The position numbers and the translations under genes are program-made. DNA of 64,000 nt. Origin: Flavobacteriales bacterium. GTDB lineage: Bacteria; Bacteroidota; Bacteroidia; Flavobacteriales_C; GCA-002722245. The stretch is from NCBI GenBank assembly GCA_023251095.1, contig JAHEZL010000001.1:131871-195870 (forward strand), written 5' to 3'. Numbering within the stretch: the stretch's first letter is position 1; the number at the start of each line of letters is the position of its first letter. This document shows positions 11,734 to 22,946 of the stretch, piece after piece. The notes under the pieces are model-generated. The model was not told where the DNA came from, made no database searches, and worked only from the letters and a program-made list of their open reading frames with translations.

Positions 11734-11799
11734 CGTCATTTCGAGGAACGAAGCAATCGCATCGAGGTTAATGAGATTGCTTCGTTCCTCGCAATGACG
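11734..11799. repeat. CGTC-tagged REP doublet, family 1 (short-arm variant)
   Basis: CGTCATTTCGAGGAACGAAGCAATC...GATTGCTTCGTTCCTCGCAATGACG inverted repeat. Confidence 0.85.
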
Positions 11800-11820
11800 A
11801 TCAGAATGTAAAACAAATAA

Positions 11821-11851
11821 AAAAAGCCGGAAGAAATTCTTCCGGCTTTTT
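11821..11851. terminator. Bidirectional intrinsic terminator
   Basis: AAAAAGCCGGAAGAA-A-TTCTTCCGGCTTTTT. Confidence 0.88.
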
Positions 11852-11871
11852 CATGTATGATATTCTGAGAA

Positions 11872-13674
11872 TTATCTTCTTCCGCCTTCACGACGACGAT
11901 CTCCGCCACCACCGAAACTTCTTCCGCCACTTCCACCTTCTCTACGTCCACTTCCACTGCTGCCACCTTCACGACGTCCGCCGGAAAATCCACCGCGTCC
12001 GCCATCACGACGAATGCTGTATCCACCTCTGTCGCCACCTTCTCTTCTGCTTCCACCCTGATCCGCTCTGTTTACACGGATTTCACGGCTACCCAGCATA
12101 TACTCTGTAAAATCCTTAGGGACTTTTTCAGCATGTTGTGCAGGAACTTCGAAATAAGAATGTCTTTCTTCCATTTTAACCACAGTCACTTCGCCTGCAG
12201 GTAATTTGGTTTGCTCAACGATCAAATCAGCCAGTTCACGGGTACTCATTCTGTCGTACTCACCAATGTTGATAAAGAATCTTGTTCCTCCGGTGCTGCT
12301 GCTTCGGCTACTTCTGCTGTCGCTTCTGCCACCTTCATCACGTCTGTCGCCGGTAGCTCTTGTATCGTTTAAATCTTTATTGTCGATAGACAATTTTTTC
12401 AATTCGATAGTCACCATTTTAGCAACCAACTCTTCTTTTGAAAAAGCCGCAAACAATTCTTCGATTTTATCTTCAATTTGTTTGTTTCCTGCAATAGGTT
12501 TAGTGTTGACAACAGCTTCAGCCCATTGAGTTAACTTGATAATACCGATTTCACTGTTTTGAGGAATCAATACTTTTTCAAATTTCAACTCCAATTCTCT
12601 CTCAAACATTTTCAGTTTTCTAACTTCTGCAGAATTTACAAAAGCCATGGAAATACCGTCTTTACCGGCTCTTGCCGTACGTCCGCTTCTGTGCGTGTAA
12701 TACGGTAAGCTATCCGGCATAGAGTGATGGAAAACGTGAGTTAAGTCGTTCACATCGATACCACGTGCAGCAACGTCGGTTGCTACCAGTAATTTCAATG
12801 ATCCGGCCTTAAAGCGTTTCATCACCTGGTCGCGTTGTGCCTGCGACATATCGCCGTGCAAAGCTTCCGCCTTAACATCAGAGCGTTTTAGGTCTTCAGC
12901 CAAAGCTTGTGTAGCTATTTTAGTGCGGCAAAATACAATGGCGCGCAAATCTTCATTTACACCAATAAAGCGTTTTAAAGTCTCCATTTTATCGGATTCT
13001 CTAACCACCACATACTGATGTTTGATTTTTTTATTCATCTCACCACCTTTGTTCACTGCTACTTCAGCAGCTTCAGGCATGTATTTACTAACAATTCTTC
13101 TGATGTCTCTTGGCATAGTTGCCGAGAACAACCAGGTAACTTTGTCTTCAGGAGTATGCGATAAAATTTCATCGATATCCTCTTTGAAGCCCATGTTCAG
13201 CATCTCATCAGCCTCATCCAGAATAACGTGACTGATATCCTTAATCGACAAAGCTTTTCTTTGCATTAAGTCCATCAACCTTCCCGGTGTAGCAATAAGG
13301 ATGTGTGGTGTTTGGCGCAATGCGCGGATTTGCTCCATAATGGAAGCTCCACCGTAAACCACCTGAATTCTGATGGCAGGCATGTGCTTTGCAAACAATT
13401 GTAACTGTTGTGCGATTTGTTGGCCAAGCTCTCTGGTTGGCGCTAATATTAACGCTTGTGTGTGTTTCACATCTGTTTTAAGCGTTTCAAGCAATGGCAA
13501 TCCGAAGGCTGCTGTTTTACCAGTACCTGTTTGAGCGAGACCTATAAAGTTTCTTCTTTCTCCTGTAAGTATTGGAATTGCTTGTTCTTGAATTGGAGAG
13601 GGAATCTCTATCCCCATCTCTGTTAATGCCTTCAATAAAGGCGCGGATAATCCGAGTTCTGAAAATGTTGCCAA
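11872..13674 (-). CDS. DEAD-box RNA helicase (DeaD/CsdA-like) with DbpA RNA-binding domain and RGG-rich tail
   Basis: Q motif, AQTGTGKT, PTREL, TPGR, DEAD, SAT, ARGID, HRSGRTAR; TTG start; TATCTTTG promoter element at 13701-13708 (-). Confidence 0.95.
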   Translation of the reverse strand: MATFSELGLSAPLLKALTEMGIEIPSPIQEQAIPILTGERRNFIGLAQTGTGKTAAFGLPLLETLKTDVKHTQALILAPTRELGQQIAQQLQLFAKHMPAIRIQVVYGGASIMEQIRALRQTPHILIATPGRLMDLMQRKALSIKDISHVILDEADEMLNMGFKEDIDEILSHTPEDKVTWLFSATMPRDIRRIVSKYMPEAAEVAVNKGGEMNKKIKHQYVVVRESDKMETLKRFIGVNEDLRAIVFCRTKIATQALAEDLKRSDVKAEALHGDMSQAQRDQVMKRFKAGSLKLLVATDVAARGIDVNDLTHVFHHSMPDSLPYYTHRSGRTARAGKDGISMAFVNSAEVRKLKMFERELELKFEKVLIPQNSEIGIIKLTQWAEAVVNTKPIAGNKQIEDKIEELFAAFSKEELVAKMVTIELKKLSIDNKDLNDTRATGDRRDEGGRSDSRSSRSSSTGGTRFFINIGEYDRMSTRELADLIVEQTKLPAGEVTVVKMEERHSYFEVPAQHAEKVPKDFTEYMLGSREIRVNRADQGGSRREGGDRGGYSIRRDGGRGGFSGGRREGGSSGSGRREGGSGGRSFGGGGDRRREGGRR

Positions 13675-13770
13675 AATAATTTAAATTATAAAATGAGGCG
13701 CAAAGATACTAAAAACAAGCGGAAATCCATGATTACCACGAAATTAGTTCGCTTTTCGAAGATTTAGAAT

Positions 13771-15234
13771 TTACTTTCCTCCTAAATTTTCATCGCGGAT
13801 TTTGATTTTTTTAGCGTCGGGATTTCTGTAGCTGAACAGATTATTTTCTTTGATAATCCGCGCAACAATCGGAGGCACCATTCCCTCCCATTCCATTTCG
13901 TTGTTTTTGATTTTCTCCAGCACTTTATGAGAGAAGACGCTTAAGTTCTGAGCATCGTAATTTTCAAAATCAACTATTCGGTTATTGTCGATCAAATGCT
14001 TGTACAAGCTCTCGTACTTAGGAGGAATCATCATGTTCTCGGTGTTGATGATTTCATTTCCGAATTTATACGGATACAAATACAAACGAACATCGCGGTG
14101 GAACAAAGTCCCGAAGGATTCCAGCAAACCGCCATTTAAATTGCGGTAGTACTTATCGTTAAAAATATTAATGAGGGTGTTGGCTCCTAAAACCAAAGCA
14201 ATTTGCGAACCCGTATTGTATCTTGTGAGGAAAGGCACCAATTTAAAATACTCGAGAAAACTGGAAATCAACACATATTGTCCGAGAGAAGTAAGAATAT
14301 CCACCCTGTCTAAAAAGTCCTGCTCGTCAATTCCTTCTTCACCGCTTAAATCTTTCAGGGTTAATTCGGTAATTACAACTATATCGGCCTTTTCTTTTCG
14401 TGCGCCCAACTCCTTTTCAAACTGATACAAACCGTTTTTCAACATGTCGAGATGCACGTGTGTAACCGGACGAAATCGCCCTCTCAATGCCAGAATATCT
14501 TTTTTGTATAAAACTTCAGTTGGATGGATAGGCTCGTCATTCGGACCGAACATACAGGCTTCCGACATTCCCGATTTAACCAAAAACAAACTCAGCAATC
14601 TGTTGTCCACACCTTTAAAAACCGGACCGCTCACATGCACCATATCCACCTCAATTCTCCCGCTTTGCAAATTATCTCTCAAACTTTTTAAAATTCCCTG
14701 AGGGTCATGCGACATATAATAACAACCATACAACAAATTCACTCCCATCACACCAATCGCATGCTGTTGCTGCAAACCATCTCTATTGAGCATTCGGATG
14801 TGAATGATAAAATCGTTGTATTCTCCTCCCGGTTTCGATTGGAAGCGAACGCCCATCCAGCCGTGACTCTGATTGGTTTGAGAATAATTAATGGTTTCAA
14901 CTGTATCACAAAGAGAAAAAAATCTTTTTTCAGGGAAAGAAGCGCCTAAAGTATTGGTCACTCTGGAATATTCGTGATCCATCATTTGAATCAAACGAGG
15001 TTTACACACATATCTGCCCGGACGTTTTCCATAAATGGCATCACTCATCTGCATATCATAAGCAGAAAGTGACTTGGCAATCGTTCCCGATGCCGCGCCG
15101 GCCATAAAAAAATTACGCGCTATCTCTTGTCCGGCTCCAATCTCGGCAAATGATCCATAAATCGTTTTATCAAGATTAATCGCCAGAGCCTTCTGGCGGG
15201 TATCTAAGGTTTGTTCAATGTATCCCTTGTCCAT
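13771..15234 (-). CDS. Uncharacterised PncC/CinA-like plus NadD-like nucleotidyltransferase fusion
   Basis: N-terminal FAEIGAGQEIA...ASG...AYD resembles the PncC fold; RGRFRPVTHVH, LVLGANTL and SHKV...VPP.V..II..NNLF resemble NadD. Confidence 0.6.
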   Translation of the reverse strand: MDKGYIEQTLDTRQKALAINLDKTIYGSFAEIGAGQEIARNFFMAGAASGTIAKSLSAYDMQMSDAIYGKRPGRYVCKPRLIQMMDHEYSRVTNTLGASFPEKRFFSLCDTVETINYSQTNQSHGWMGVRFQSKPGGEYNDFIIHIRMLNRDGLQQQHAIGVMGVNLLYGCYYMSHDPQGILKSLRDNLQSGRIEVDMVHVSGPVFKGVDNRLLSLFLVKSGMSEACMFGPNDEPIHPTEVLYKKDILALRGRFRPVTHVHLDMLKNGLYQFEKELGARKEKADIVVITELTLKDLSGEEGIDEQDFLDRVDILTSLGQYVLISSFLEYFKLVPFLTRYNTGSQIALVLGANTLINIFNDKYYRNLNGGLLESFGTLFHRDVRLYLYPYKFGNEIINTENMMIPPKYESLYKHLIDNNRIVDFENYDAQNLSVFSHKVLEKIKNNEMEWEGMVPPIVARIIKENNLFSYRNPDAKKIKIRDENLGGK

Positions 15235-15312
15235 AAAGCGAAAAATTTACGTAAATCTATTAAATATAAATACATCGTTGTACAAGAACACAGGAATTTT
15301 ATATTTGTGAGA

Positions 15313-17352
15313 ATGAATATTTCGTTTTTATATCCACAGTTTCTTTGGGCTTTCACCCTTCTCTCTATTCCGATCATTATTCATCTTTTTAATTTCAGAA
15401 AATACAAAGAATTGTATTTTCCCAACACCCTGTTTTTAAAGCACATTAAGGAGCAAAGCAAATCGGCAAACAACCTTAAAAACCTATTACTGCTCTTCCT
15501 GCGTTTATTGATTTTCTCCCTGTTGATTCTCGCTTTCACCATGCCTTACAGCAAACGCAACGAAGAACAGAAAGAAAGCGCATCGGCATTGCATGCTTTT
15601 TACATCGACAATTCTTTCAGCATGAATGCCTCCAATGAAAACGGCAGGCTGCTGGAAGAAGCCAAAAAACAGGCCGCGGCCATCGTAACGAATTTACCCA
15701 ACTCGGATTACTTCATGCTCACCACCAATGATTTTGAAGGGAAGCACCGCAGGCATCTGGCAAAAAAAGAATTTCTGGAAGAACTGGAAATCATTGAGGA
15801 ATCGCCTTCTTCCAAAAAATTAAATGAAGTTTATATCCGTCAGCAGGCGGATATCGCCGGTGCAACAGGCACTTCTTTATATTGGTTAAGTGATTTTCAA
15901 AAAAACAGCCTTGCCGGCAAACCAAAACAGATTGATTCATCCTTAACGCTTTATCTTCTTCCCCTTGTTCCGGTGATCAAAAACAATTTATCCGTTGATT
16001 CCTGCTGGTTTGAATCGCCGGTAAGAAAAATAGCTTCGCCCGAAGAAATTAAAATTAAAATTTCCAATCATGGCGACAAGGACCTCAACAACATTCCTGT
16101 AAAGCTTAGCATCAATGGCGAACAGAAAGCTTTCAGTAATTTTTCCATTAAGGCGAATGCGAGTCTGATTACAACTTTAACTTACTCGGTTTTTAAAGCA
16201 GGTACTTTTAACGCAAGCATTGACATTGAAGACCATCCGATAATTTTCGACAATCAGTTTTACTTCAGTTATGAGATCCGCGAGCAAACAAAAATTTTAC
16301 AGATTTTCGACAAAACGGAAAACCCTTCTTTTTTCAATCTTTTCAAAAGAGATTCTCTTTTGATATTTGAAAAACAGAGCGTGAACCAACTGAATTATTC
16401 GGATTTAAAAGAACAAGATTTAATTGTTCTCGATGAAATTGAAGTCTATTCCTCAGGATTGATTCAGGAAATTCAAAAGTTCAGCGCCAAGGGAGGAAGC
16501 ATACTTATCATCCCTTCTAAAAAAGCAAAAAACGGGAACGACTTGTTCACCGCGCTTTCCATTGATCCTTTAATGAATTCTGATTCCACTTCATCCCGCG
16601 TAGACAATATCAATTATGCTTCCGATTTTTTTCAAAATGTATTCACCAAACAGGAGCTGCAAGCCAATGAAAAAATGAATTTGCCTTCTGTTTATTATCA
16701 CTACAAAACCAACTCCGCTTATCTTTCCGGAAAAGAAATACTGATCAACTTAATCAACAACGATCCGCTTTTACTGCGCTATAAACGCAATGCCTCCAAC
16801 ATTTTTGTGATCACTGCGCCTTTAGATAAAAACAGCACCAACTTCCTGCAGCACGCGATATGTGTGCCTGTGCTGTATCGCATGGTGCTCACCTCCATAT
16901 CCAGCGACCGACTTTTTCAAACTCTTTCTTCCAACCTTCAAATTCCTTTATCCCAAAAAGAAAGCAAAGGAACAGGACAATACATTGTGGGCAACGGCAA
17001 AGAAGAATACGCTTTAAACATCTCCAAAGCAGGAGATCAACCTTTTTTATATGCAGGCAATCAAATTAAAAAAGCAGGGATTTACAACATTTTTAAAGAC
17101 AAAGTTTTAGTTGGATCAACTGCTTTAAATTACAACAGAAGCGAATCTTCAATGACTTTTGTTTCCAGCGACAATCTTAAAAAAACCTTTGGCGACGAAG
17201 CTAAAAACATCCATATTATTGAACAGAGAGAAATGAAAAGCTCTGCTTCTGCTTTGGATGCTTTAAATAAAAAAGAATACTGGAAATACTTTGTGATAGC
17301 AGCTTTGATTGTTTTGGGAGTTGAGGTGGCGGTGTATCGGTTTTGGAAGTAA
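15313..17352 (+). CDS. BatA-type N-terminal double-TM domain plus vWA membrane protein
   Basis: FLYPQFLW...IPIIIHLFNFR...FPN..FL; YIDNSFSM vWA motif; C-terminal TM helix. Start set at ATG 15313, directly after a TATATTTG element. Confidence 0.85.
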   Translation: MNISFLYPQFLWAFTLLSIPIIIHLFNFRKYKELYFPNTLFLKHIKEQSKSANNLKNLLLLFLRLLIFSLLILAFTMPYSKRNEEQKESASALHAFYIDNSFSMNASNENGRLLEEAKKQAAAIVTNLPNSDYFMLTTNDFEGKHRRHLAKKEFLEELEIIEESPSSKKLNEVYIRQQADIAGATGTSLYWLSDFQKNSLAGKPKQIDSSLTLYLLPLVPVIKNNLSVDSCWFESPVRKIASPEEIKIKISNHGDKDLNNIPVKLSINGEQKAFSNFSIKANASLITTLTYSVFKAGTFNASIDIEDHPIIFDNQFYFSYEIREQTKILQIFDKTENPSFFNLFKRDSLLIFEKQSVNQLNYSDLKEQDLIVLDEIEVYSSGLIQEIQKFSAKGGSILIIPSKKAKNGNDLFTALSIDPLMNSDSTSSRVDNINYASDFFQNVFTKQELQANEKMNLPSVYYHYKTNSAYLSGKEILINLINNDPLLLRYKRNASNIFVITAPLDKNSTNFLQHAICVPVLYRMVLTSISSDRLFQTLSSNLQIPLSQKESKGTGQYIVGNGKEEYALNISKAGDQPFLYAGNQIKKAGIYNIFKDKVLVGSTALNYNRSESSMTFVSSDNLKKTFGDEAKNIHIIEQREMKSSASALDALNKKEYWKYFVIAALIVLGVEVAVYRFWK

Positions 17353-17368
17353 GTGATTACATCCATTA

Positions 17369-17479
17369 CGTCATTGCGAAATTTTTGTGCTCAAAAATGA
17401 AGCAAACTTATAATGGGTGACTCACTAAAAATGATGATGAGGTTGCTTCATTTTTGAGTACAAAAATTTCGCAATGACG
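17369..17479. repeat. CGTC-tagged REP doublet, family 1 (long-arm variant)
   Basis: CGTCATTGCGAAATTTTTGTGCTCAAAAATGAAGCAA...TTGCTTCATTTTTGAGTACAAAAATTTCGCAATGACG. Confidence 0.9.
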
Positions 17480-17543
17480 CACTGATTGATGACTTACTGA
17501 ATGAATAACTTAGAGGGAATGACGATACCCAACTAGATTATCC

Positions 17544-20147
17544 CTACTCTTCCTCAAAATCTAAAGTAGCCTGTGGATCTTCCGGGCCATCATTAGTCTC
17601 ATCAGGTTCCAGTGCTTCAGGAGGTGGTTCCAAAGCTTCCAGTTTATTGATGTGTTTGATTTTATATTGGGAAAGCTTATTTCCAATGGCTTTCAATCCT
17701 TTAACCGTGATTACTTCATCCACCACAATTTTTTCCGCTTTTCTTTCTTTTCCGCCTTCTTTGGAGAAAATGAGTTCAATCACCGGTCGCCAGTCGGTAG
17801 AAACATATTCCATAAATGCACCTTCTTCTTCAGCAATGAACAACACTTTGCGTTCAGTAGGCTCTATGAGGAAGCGTTTTACATTGAATACTTTTTTGGA
17901 TGGATCCCAATACACACAAGAGATTGGTTTTTTAGGAATCCATTTTTCAATGATGATCATGTCTTCTTCAAAATGCGTATCGAGCTTGTACGGATGCAGC
18001 ATATAGTGCCCCGATTGCATGATCACCAAGATTTTATCTTCGCCACGGAACTCACCCACAAATTGTCCGCGCTCCTCCGTATTCAATCGACGCGTAACGT
18101 CATCAAACCAAATTTTTCTTGCTGATAAAGTAGATACTCCCTCCTCTTTCAACTCCACTTTTTTCACAGGATATTTCGACAAAATATTACCCAGCGAATT
18201 TCTTCCTTTAATGGCTAATAATTTAAAATCGTAATCGAAATTGAATTTTTTAATTCCCGGTATCGGCTTCAACTGAACATTCACCACCTCGGCTTCTCCG
18301 TTAGGATTGGCAGAGAAATACAATATTTTAGAACCCGGAGAACCTTTGGTCAATTGATAATCTTTATCGCGGGTAACACCGGTTACAGCAAAGCGTTTTA
18401 CCATGGCGTGTCCCTTACCGCCGTCCTGATAAATGACGTTGTAAATAGTGCGCTCATCGGCTTTCTTCCAAACATTGCAATAAATAATTCCTTTGCCCAC
18501 AAACACCTTATTGGCCACTTTCACCACTTTTAAAGTCCCGTCTTCCAGGAACACTACGATGTCATCAATCTCCGAACAGTCGGCAACGTAATTGTCTTCA
18601 TTTTTAATCGCCCAGCCAATAAAGCCTTCTTCTTTATCTACATATAACTTACGATTAGCAACGATAACATTGGTAGCTTGTATCGTTTCAAAAGTTCTGA
18701 TCTCTGTTTTACGCTCTCTGCCTTCTCCGTATTTCTTTTTGAGATTTTTAAAATAATCAACAGCGTAATCAATAATATTTTCCAGATGATGTTTTACTTC
18801 CTTCATCTGTTCCTCCAACATCGCGATGTCTTTGTTGGCTTTCTCACTGTCGAATTTGGAAATACGTTTGATTTTAATTTCCGTCAATTTCGCAACATCT
18901 TCATCGGTTACTTTACGAATAAGTTTTTTCGTAAAAGGCTTCAAACCCTTGTGAATGGTAGAAATCACCTCTTCCCAGGTTTCGCAATCTTCGATGTTGC
19001 GGTATATCTTTTTCTCAATAAATATTCTTTCTAAAGATGCAGCATGCCACATCAACTCCAACTCCTCTTTGCGGATTTCCAGCTCGCGGGTGAGCAAATG
19101 CAAAGTTTGCTCGGTAGAGCGTTTTAGTATTTCGGTAACGCTTAAAAACTTTGGTTTATCATCCTCAATCACACAGGCATTGGGCGCAATAGACACTTCA
19201 CAATCCGTAAACGCGTAAAGCGCATCCATCGTAGTATCCGGAGAAATTCCCGCCGGAAGGTGGATCATGATTTCCACTTTATCGGAAGTATTGTCTTCTA
19301 TGTTTCTGATCTTGATTTTTCCTTTTTCAGTGGCTTTCACTATTGATTCCATTAAGGAAGTAGTGGTAGTTGAAAAAGGGATTTCAGTGATGGATAAAGT
19401 CTTTTTGTCAATCTTATTGATTTTCGCTCTTACACGAATTCTTCCGCCTCTTAATCCGTCGTTGTAGTTCGTAGCATCCACAAATCCTCCGGTAGGAAAA
19501 TCGGGAAACAACACTGTATTTCTTCCACGCAAACGAGCGATGGAAGCATCAATCAATTCATTAAAATTATGAGGCAACATTTTACAAGCCAATCCAACTG
19601 CGATACCTTCTACTCCTTGCGCCAGCAATAAAGGAAACTTCATTGGCGTGGTGATAGGCTCCTTGTTTCTGCCATCATAAGACAGCATCCACTTGGTGGT
19701 TTTAGGATTGAAGGAAATTTCCAGAGCGAACTTGGTGAGGCGCGCTTCAATATAACGCGAAGCAGCAGCACGGTCGCCGGTGAGAATATTCCCCCAGTTT
19801 CCCTGGCAATCTATCAATAAATCTTTCTGACCGATATTCACCAAAGCATCACCAATCGACATGTCGCCATGCGGATGGTACTTCATCGTATTTCCAACAA
19901 TGTTCGCCACTTTATTGTAGCGACCGTCTTCCATCTCCCACATCGAGTGCAACACACGGCGCTGCACCGGTTTCAATCCATCATCCACATGCGGAACGGC
20001 ACGCTCCAGAATAACATAGGAAGCATAATCCAAAAACCAGTTTTCGTACATGCCTTTAACGGCGATAACGTTCTCTAAATGAGAATCGCCGCCATCGCCC
20101 TGCAGTTCCTGATAATCGTCTTCGTTATTTATTTTATCGTCGCTCAC
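17544..20147 (-). CDS. parC: DNA topoisomerase IV subunit A
   Basis: [25 protein letters not shown] (catalytic Tyr); directly downstream of the B subunit; GTG start. Confidence 0.93.
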   Translation of the reverse strand: MSDDKINNEDDYQELQGDGGDSHLENVIAVKGMYENWFLDYASYVILERAVPHVDDGLKPVQRRVLHSMWEMEDGRYNKVANIVGNTMKYHPHGDMSIGDALVNIGQKDLLIDCQGNWGNILTGDRAAASRYIEARLTKFALEISFNPKTTKWMLSYDGRNKEPITTPMKFPLLLAQGVEGIAVGLACKMLPHNFNELIDASIARLRGRNTVLFPDFPTGGFVDATNYNDGLRGGRIRVRAKINKIDKKTLSITEIPFSTTTTSLMESIVKATEKGKIKIRNIEDNTSDKVEIMIHLPAGISPDTTMDALYAFTDCEVSIAPNACVIEDDKPKFLSVTEILKRSTEQTLHLLTRELEIRKEELELMWHAASLERIFIEKKIYRNIEDCETWEEVISTIHKGLKPFTKKLIRKVTDEDVAKLTEIKIKRISKFDSEKANKDIAMLEEQMKEVKHHLENIIDYAVDYFKNLKKKYGEGRERKTEIRTFETIQATNVIVANRKLYVDKEEGFIGWAIKNEDNYVADCSEIDDIVVFLEDGTLKVVKVANKVFVGKGIIYCNVWKKADERTIYNVIYQDGGKGHAMVKRFAVTGVTRDKDYQLTKGSPGSKILYFSANPNGEAEVVNVQLKPIPGIKKFNFDYDFKLLAIKGRNSLGNILSKYPVKKVELKEEGVSTLSARKIWFDDVTRRLNTEERGQFVGEFRGEDKILVIMQSGHYMLHPYKLDTHFEEDMIIIEKWIPKKPISCVYWDPSKKVFNVKRFLIEPTERKVLFIAEEEGAFMEYVSTDWRPVIELIFSKEGGKERKAEKIVVDEVITVKGLKAIGNKLSQYKIKHINKLEALEPPPEALEPDETNDGPEDPQATLDFEEE

Positions 20148-22009
20148 TCTTTCTTAGGAATTAAGTCTTCTTCAACATCTTTTTCTACACGCAGATTGTC
20201 CATGATGAAAGTCTGACGATCAGGTGTGTTTTTACCCATATAAAACTCCAGCAATTCATTGATACGGGAATCTTTCCCCATCACCACCGGCTCTAATCGT
20301 ATGTTTTCGTTGATGAAGTTTTTAAACTCATCAGGAGAAATTTCACCCAAACCTTTAAATCGGGTAATCTCCGGTTTTTTCAATTCGGTGACAGCCGCCA
20401 GTCTTTCTTCTTCGCTGTAGCAATAGCGTGTTTCCTGTCGGTTACGCACCCTGAATAAAGGGGTTTGTAAAATATAAACGTGTCCGTTACTAATCAATTC
20501 AGGGAAGAACTGAAGGAAGAAAGTCACCAACAATAAGCGAATGTGCATACCGTCCACGTCGGCATCGGTAGCCACTACAACCTGGTTGTATCTTAAGCCA
20601 TCCAAACTCTCTTCGATGTTCAATGCTGATTGTAAAAGGTTGAACTCTTCATTCTCGTACACCACTTTTTTAGTGAGGCCGTAAACGTTCAAAGGCTTAC
20701 CGCGCAAAGAGAAAACCGCTTGTGTTTGTACATCACGCGACTTGGTGATAGATCCACTTGCCGAATCTCCCTCGGTGATGAAAAGTGTGGTTTGCAAAAT
20801 GCGCTCTCCTCCACCTTCATCGTTGAAATGCACTTTACAATCTCTTAATTTTTTGTTGTGTAAACTCGCTTTTTTAGCGTGTTCACGGGCTATCTTGCGA
20901 ATACCAGCCAATTCCTTACGCTCTCTTTCAGAGCGCTGAACCTGACGTAAAATCTCGTCGGCAACCTGCGTATTTTTATGCAAGAAATTATCGAGTTCTT
21001 TTTTCAGGAAATCACCAATGAAGCTTTTCATCGATGTTCCGCCCGGCTCAATTTCCTGAGAACCTAATTTGGTTTTGGTTTGAGATTCAAAGATAGGTTC
21101 AACTACTTTCACGCTAACAGCAGCAACAAGCGATTGTCTTACATCCACCGCTTCAAATTCTTTCCCGAAAAACTCACGTATGGTTTTCACATACATCTCA
21201 CGAAAGGCGCCCTGGTGGGTTCCTCCCTGCGTAGTATGCTGTCCGTTGACAAAAGAATAATATTCCTCGCCGTATTTTTTGGCGTGGGTAAACGCCACTT
21301 CAATATCTTCTCCTCTTAAATGAACAATTGGATAGAAAGGTTCAGCCGACAAATTACTGGCGAGCAAATCCTTCAAGCCGTTTTCCGAATAAAACTTTTC
21401 ACCGTTGAAATAAATCGTCAGTCCCGGATTCAAATGCACATAATTCCACATCATGCGTTGCACGTGCTGCACACGGAACTGATAGTTGTGGAAGATTTTC
21501 TCATCGGGAACGAAGGTCATCAAAGTCCCTTTTCTTTGGGTAGACGCCTCTATTTTATGGTCTTTCGAGATGTTTCCTTTTTCAAATTCGGCACGTTTCA
21601 CCTTGTCTTCACGGTACGACAAAACTTCAAAGTAAGTGGATAGCGCATTCACCGCCTTAGTACCAACTCCATTCAATCCTACTGATTTCTTAAAAGCACG
21701 CGAATCGTACTTTCCTCCTGTATTGATAATGGATACGCAATCAATCACTTTTCCCAGAGGAATACCGCGACCATAATCACGCACCGTTACTTTTTTATCC
21801 TTGATTTTGATTTCAACCACTTTACCGTTCCCCATCACGAACTCATCAATACTGTTATCGATGATCTCTTTGAGAAGAATATAAATACCGTCATCAGCCG
21901 CCGAGCCATCGCCCAGCTTACCAATGTACATCCCCGGACGCATACGGATATGCTCCTTCCAGTCGAGGGAGCGTATATTGTCTTCGGTATATTCTGCGTC
22001 TGCTGCCAT
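20144..22009 (-). CDS. parE: DNA topoisomerase IV subunit B
   Basis: [63 protein letters not shown]. Confidence 0.94.
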   Translation of the reverse strand: MAADAEYTEDNIRSLDWKEHIRMRPGMYIGKLGDGSAADDGIYILLKEIIDNSIDEFVMGNGKVVEIKIKDKKVTVRDYGRGIPLGKVIDCVSIINTGGKYDSRAFKKSVGLNGVGTKAVNALSTYFEVLSYREDKVKRAEFEKGNISKDHKIEASTQRKGTLMTFVPDEKIFHNYQFRVQHVQRMMWNYVHLNPGLTIYFNGEKFYSENGLKDLLASNLSAEPFYPIVHLRGEDIEVAFTHAKKYGEEYYSFVNGQHTTQGGTHQGAFREMYVKTIREFFGKEFEAVDVRQSLVAAVSVKVVEPIFESQTKTKLGSQEIEPGGTSMKSFIGDFLKKELDNFLHKNTQVADEILRQVQRSERERKELAGIRKIAREHAKKASLHNKKLRDCKVHFNDEGGGERILQTTLFITEGDSASGSITKSRDVQTQAVFSLRGKPLNVYGLTKKVVYENEEFNLLQSALNIEESLDGLRYNQVVVATDADVDGMHIRLLLVTFFLQFFPELISNGHVYILQTPLFRVRNRQETRYCYSEEERLAAVTELKKPEITRFKGLGEISPDEFKNFINENIRLEPVVMGKDSRINELLEFYMGKNTPDRQTFIMDNLRVEKDVEEDLIPKKE

Positions 22010-22028
22010 ATTTATTTTGAGAGAGGTT

Positions 22029-22082
22029 AAAAATAGGAAGTTCAGCCCGACTTTGGAAGTATGGCTTGCTTTTTTATCAACA
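22029..22082. repeat. 54-bp imperfect direct repeat, copy A (parE upstream region)
   Basis: 46/54 identical, gapless, to 22947-23000; contains TTATCAACA and minus-strand TATTTTTA. Confidence 0.85.
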
Positions 22083-22120
22083 AAGCATGTTGAAAGCCTG
22101 TTTCAAGATAATTCAGCGAG

Positions 22121-22903
22121 TTACTCATTACTTAAAAACACCCTCATATATGCGGAGGTATGTTCCTTTGTATAGTTGGTGTATTCAAAAAAATCAAGGC
22201 TGCAAAACTGCAAATATAAATACCCATCGGTTTGACTTGCTGTTACTGTTCCATAAGGAAAGCTGGGGTTAACGGCCTGTTTATAGCTTTGTCCATCACA
22301 ATCATACACATACAGAACACTTACCTGATTATCGTAACCAAGTGAATAAATATCCGAAACAATAGTGTAAGTCCCGCTAATATCCTTCAATGGCTTTTTG
22401 AATGCAAAAATCAATTCTTGCGCTTTATGGGTTCCGGCATTCGGTATGGAAAAAGAAACATAATGAGTTCCGGAAATATAGTCTCCGGAATCCGCTAGAG
22501 TCAAGGGAGAGCTATAAAAAGTCCTATTAAATCTGTTTAAAGCCACCGTGCTACAAATGGAACTTGCCTGTTTGACATATACCTCAATTTCCTTTTCAAC
22601 GATACAGTCCAGATATTCCACCACAAAGGTGTAAGTACCACTTTGATCATATTGAATGGCTGGAAGCAATAATGTGTTTCCCGAAACAGTTTCTCCGTTA
22701 GGCAATTTCCAATGATTATTCACACCTGTGGTATTGGTGATGCCATTGGCCTGTAAGGTATCTCCTGAATTATACGTCAGCTTGGCAATGGAGATACTGG
22801 AAGTAATATCAGCACAGTTCGCATGTTTAGCACAAGATAAATTACTTGCTATAAAAATATAGCTTAAGCAAGCAAATACAGCGGTTGGTATTTTCAATTT
22901 CAT
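22121..22903 (-). CDS. Hypothetical lipoprotein with Ig/PKD-like domain
   Basis: Lipobox NLSC; W.LPNG...GNTL.L.....QSGTYT Ig-like motif. Confidence 0.7.
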   Translation of the reverse strand: MKLKIPTAVFACLSYIFIASNLSCAKHANCADITSSISIAKLTYNSGDTLQANGITNTTGVNNHWKLPNGETVSGNTLLLPAIQYDQSGTYTFVVEYLDCIVEKEIEVYVKQASSICSTVALNRFNRTFYSSPLTLADSGDYISGTHYVSFSIPNAGTHKAQELIFAFKKPLKDISGTYTIVSDIYSLGYDNQVSVLYVYDCDGQSYKQAVNPSFPYGTVTASQTDGYLYLQFCSLDFFEYTNYTKEHTSAYMRVFLSNE

Positions 22904-22946
22904 TTTAAAATTCTGATTAACACAAATTCATCCAGTAGAGAGCGGC

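Noticed and set aside
11736-12110. ORFs 11736..12056 (-) and 11853..12110 (+)
   Set aside because: Alternative-frame products of the repetitive helicase tail, the terminator and the REP element
17544-22009. Topoisomerase pair as gyrA/gyrB
   Set aside because: Short B subunit, adjacent B-A order, no GyrA-box seen and the [17 protein letters not shown]-terminus fit Bacteroidota topoisomerase IV
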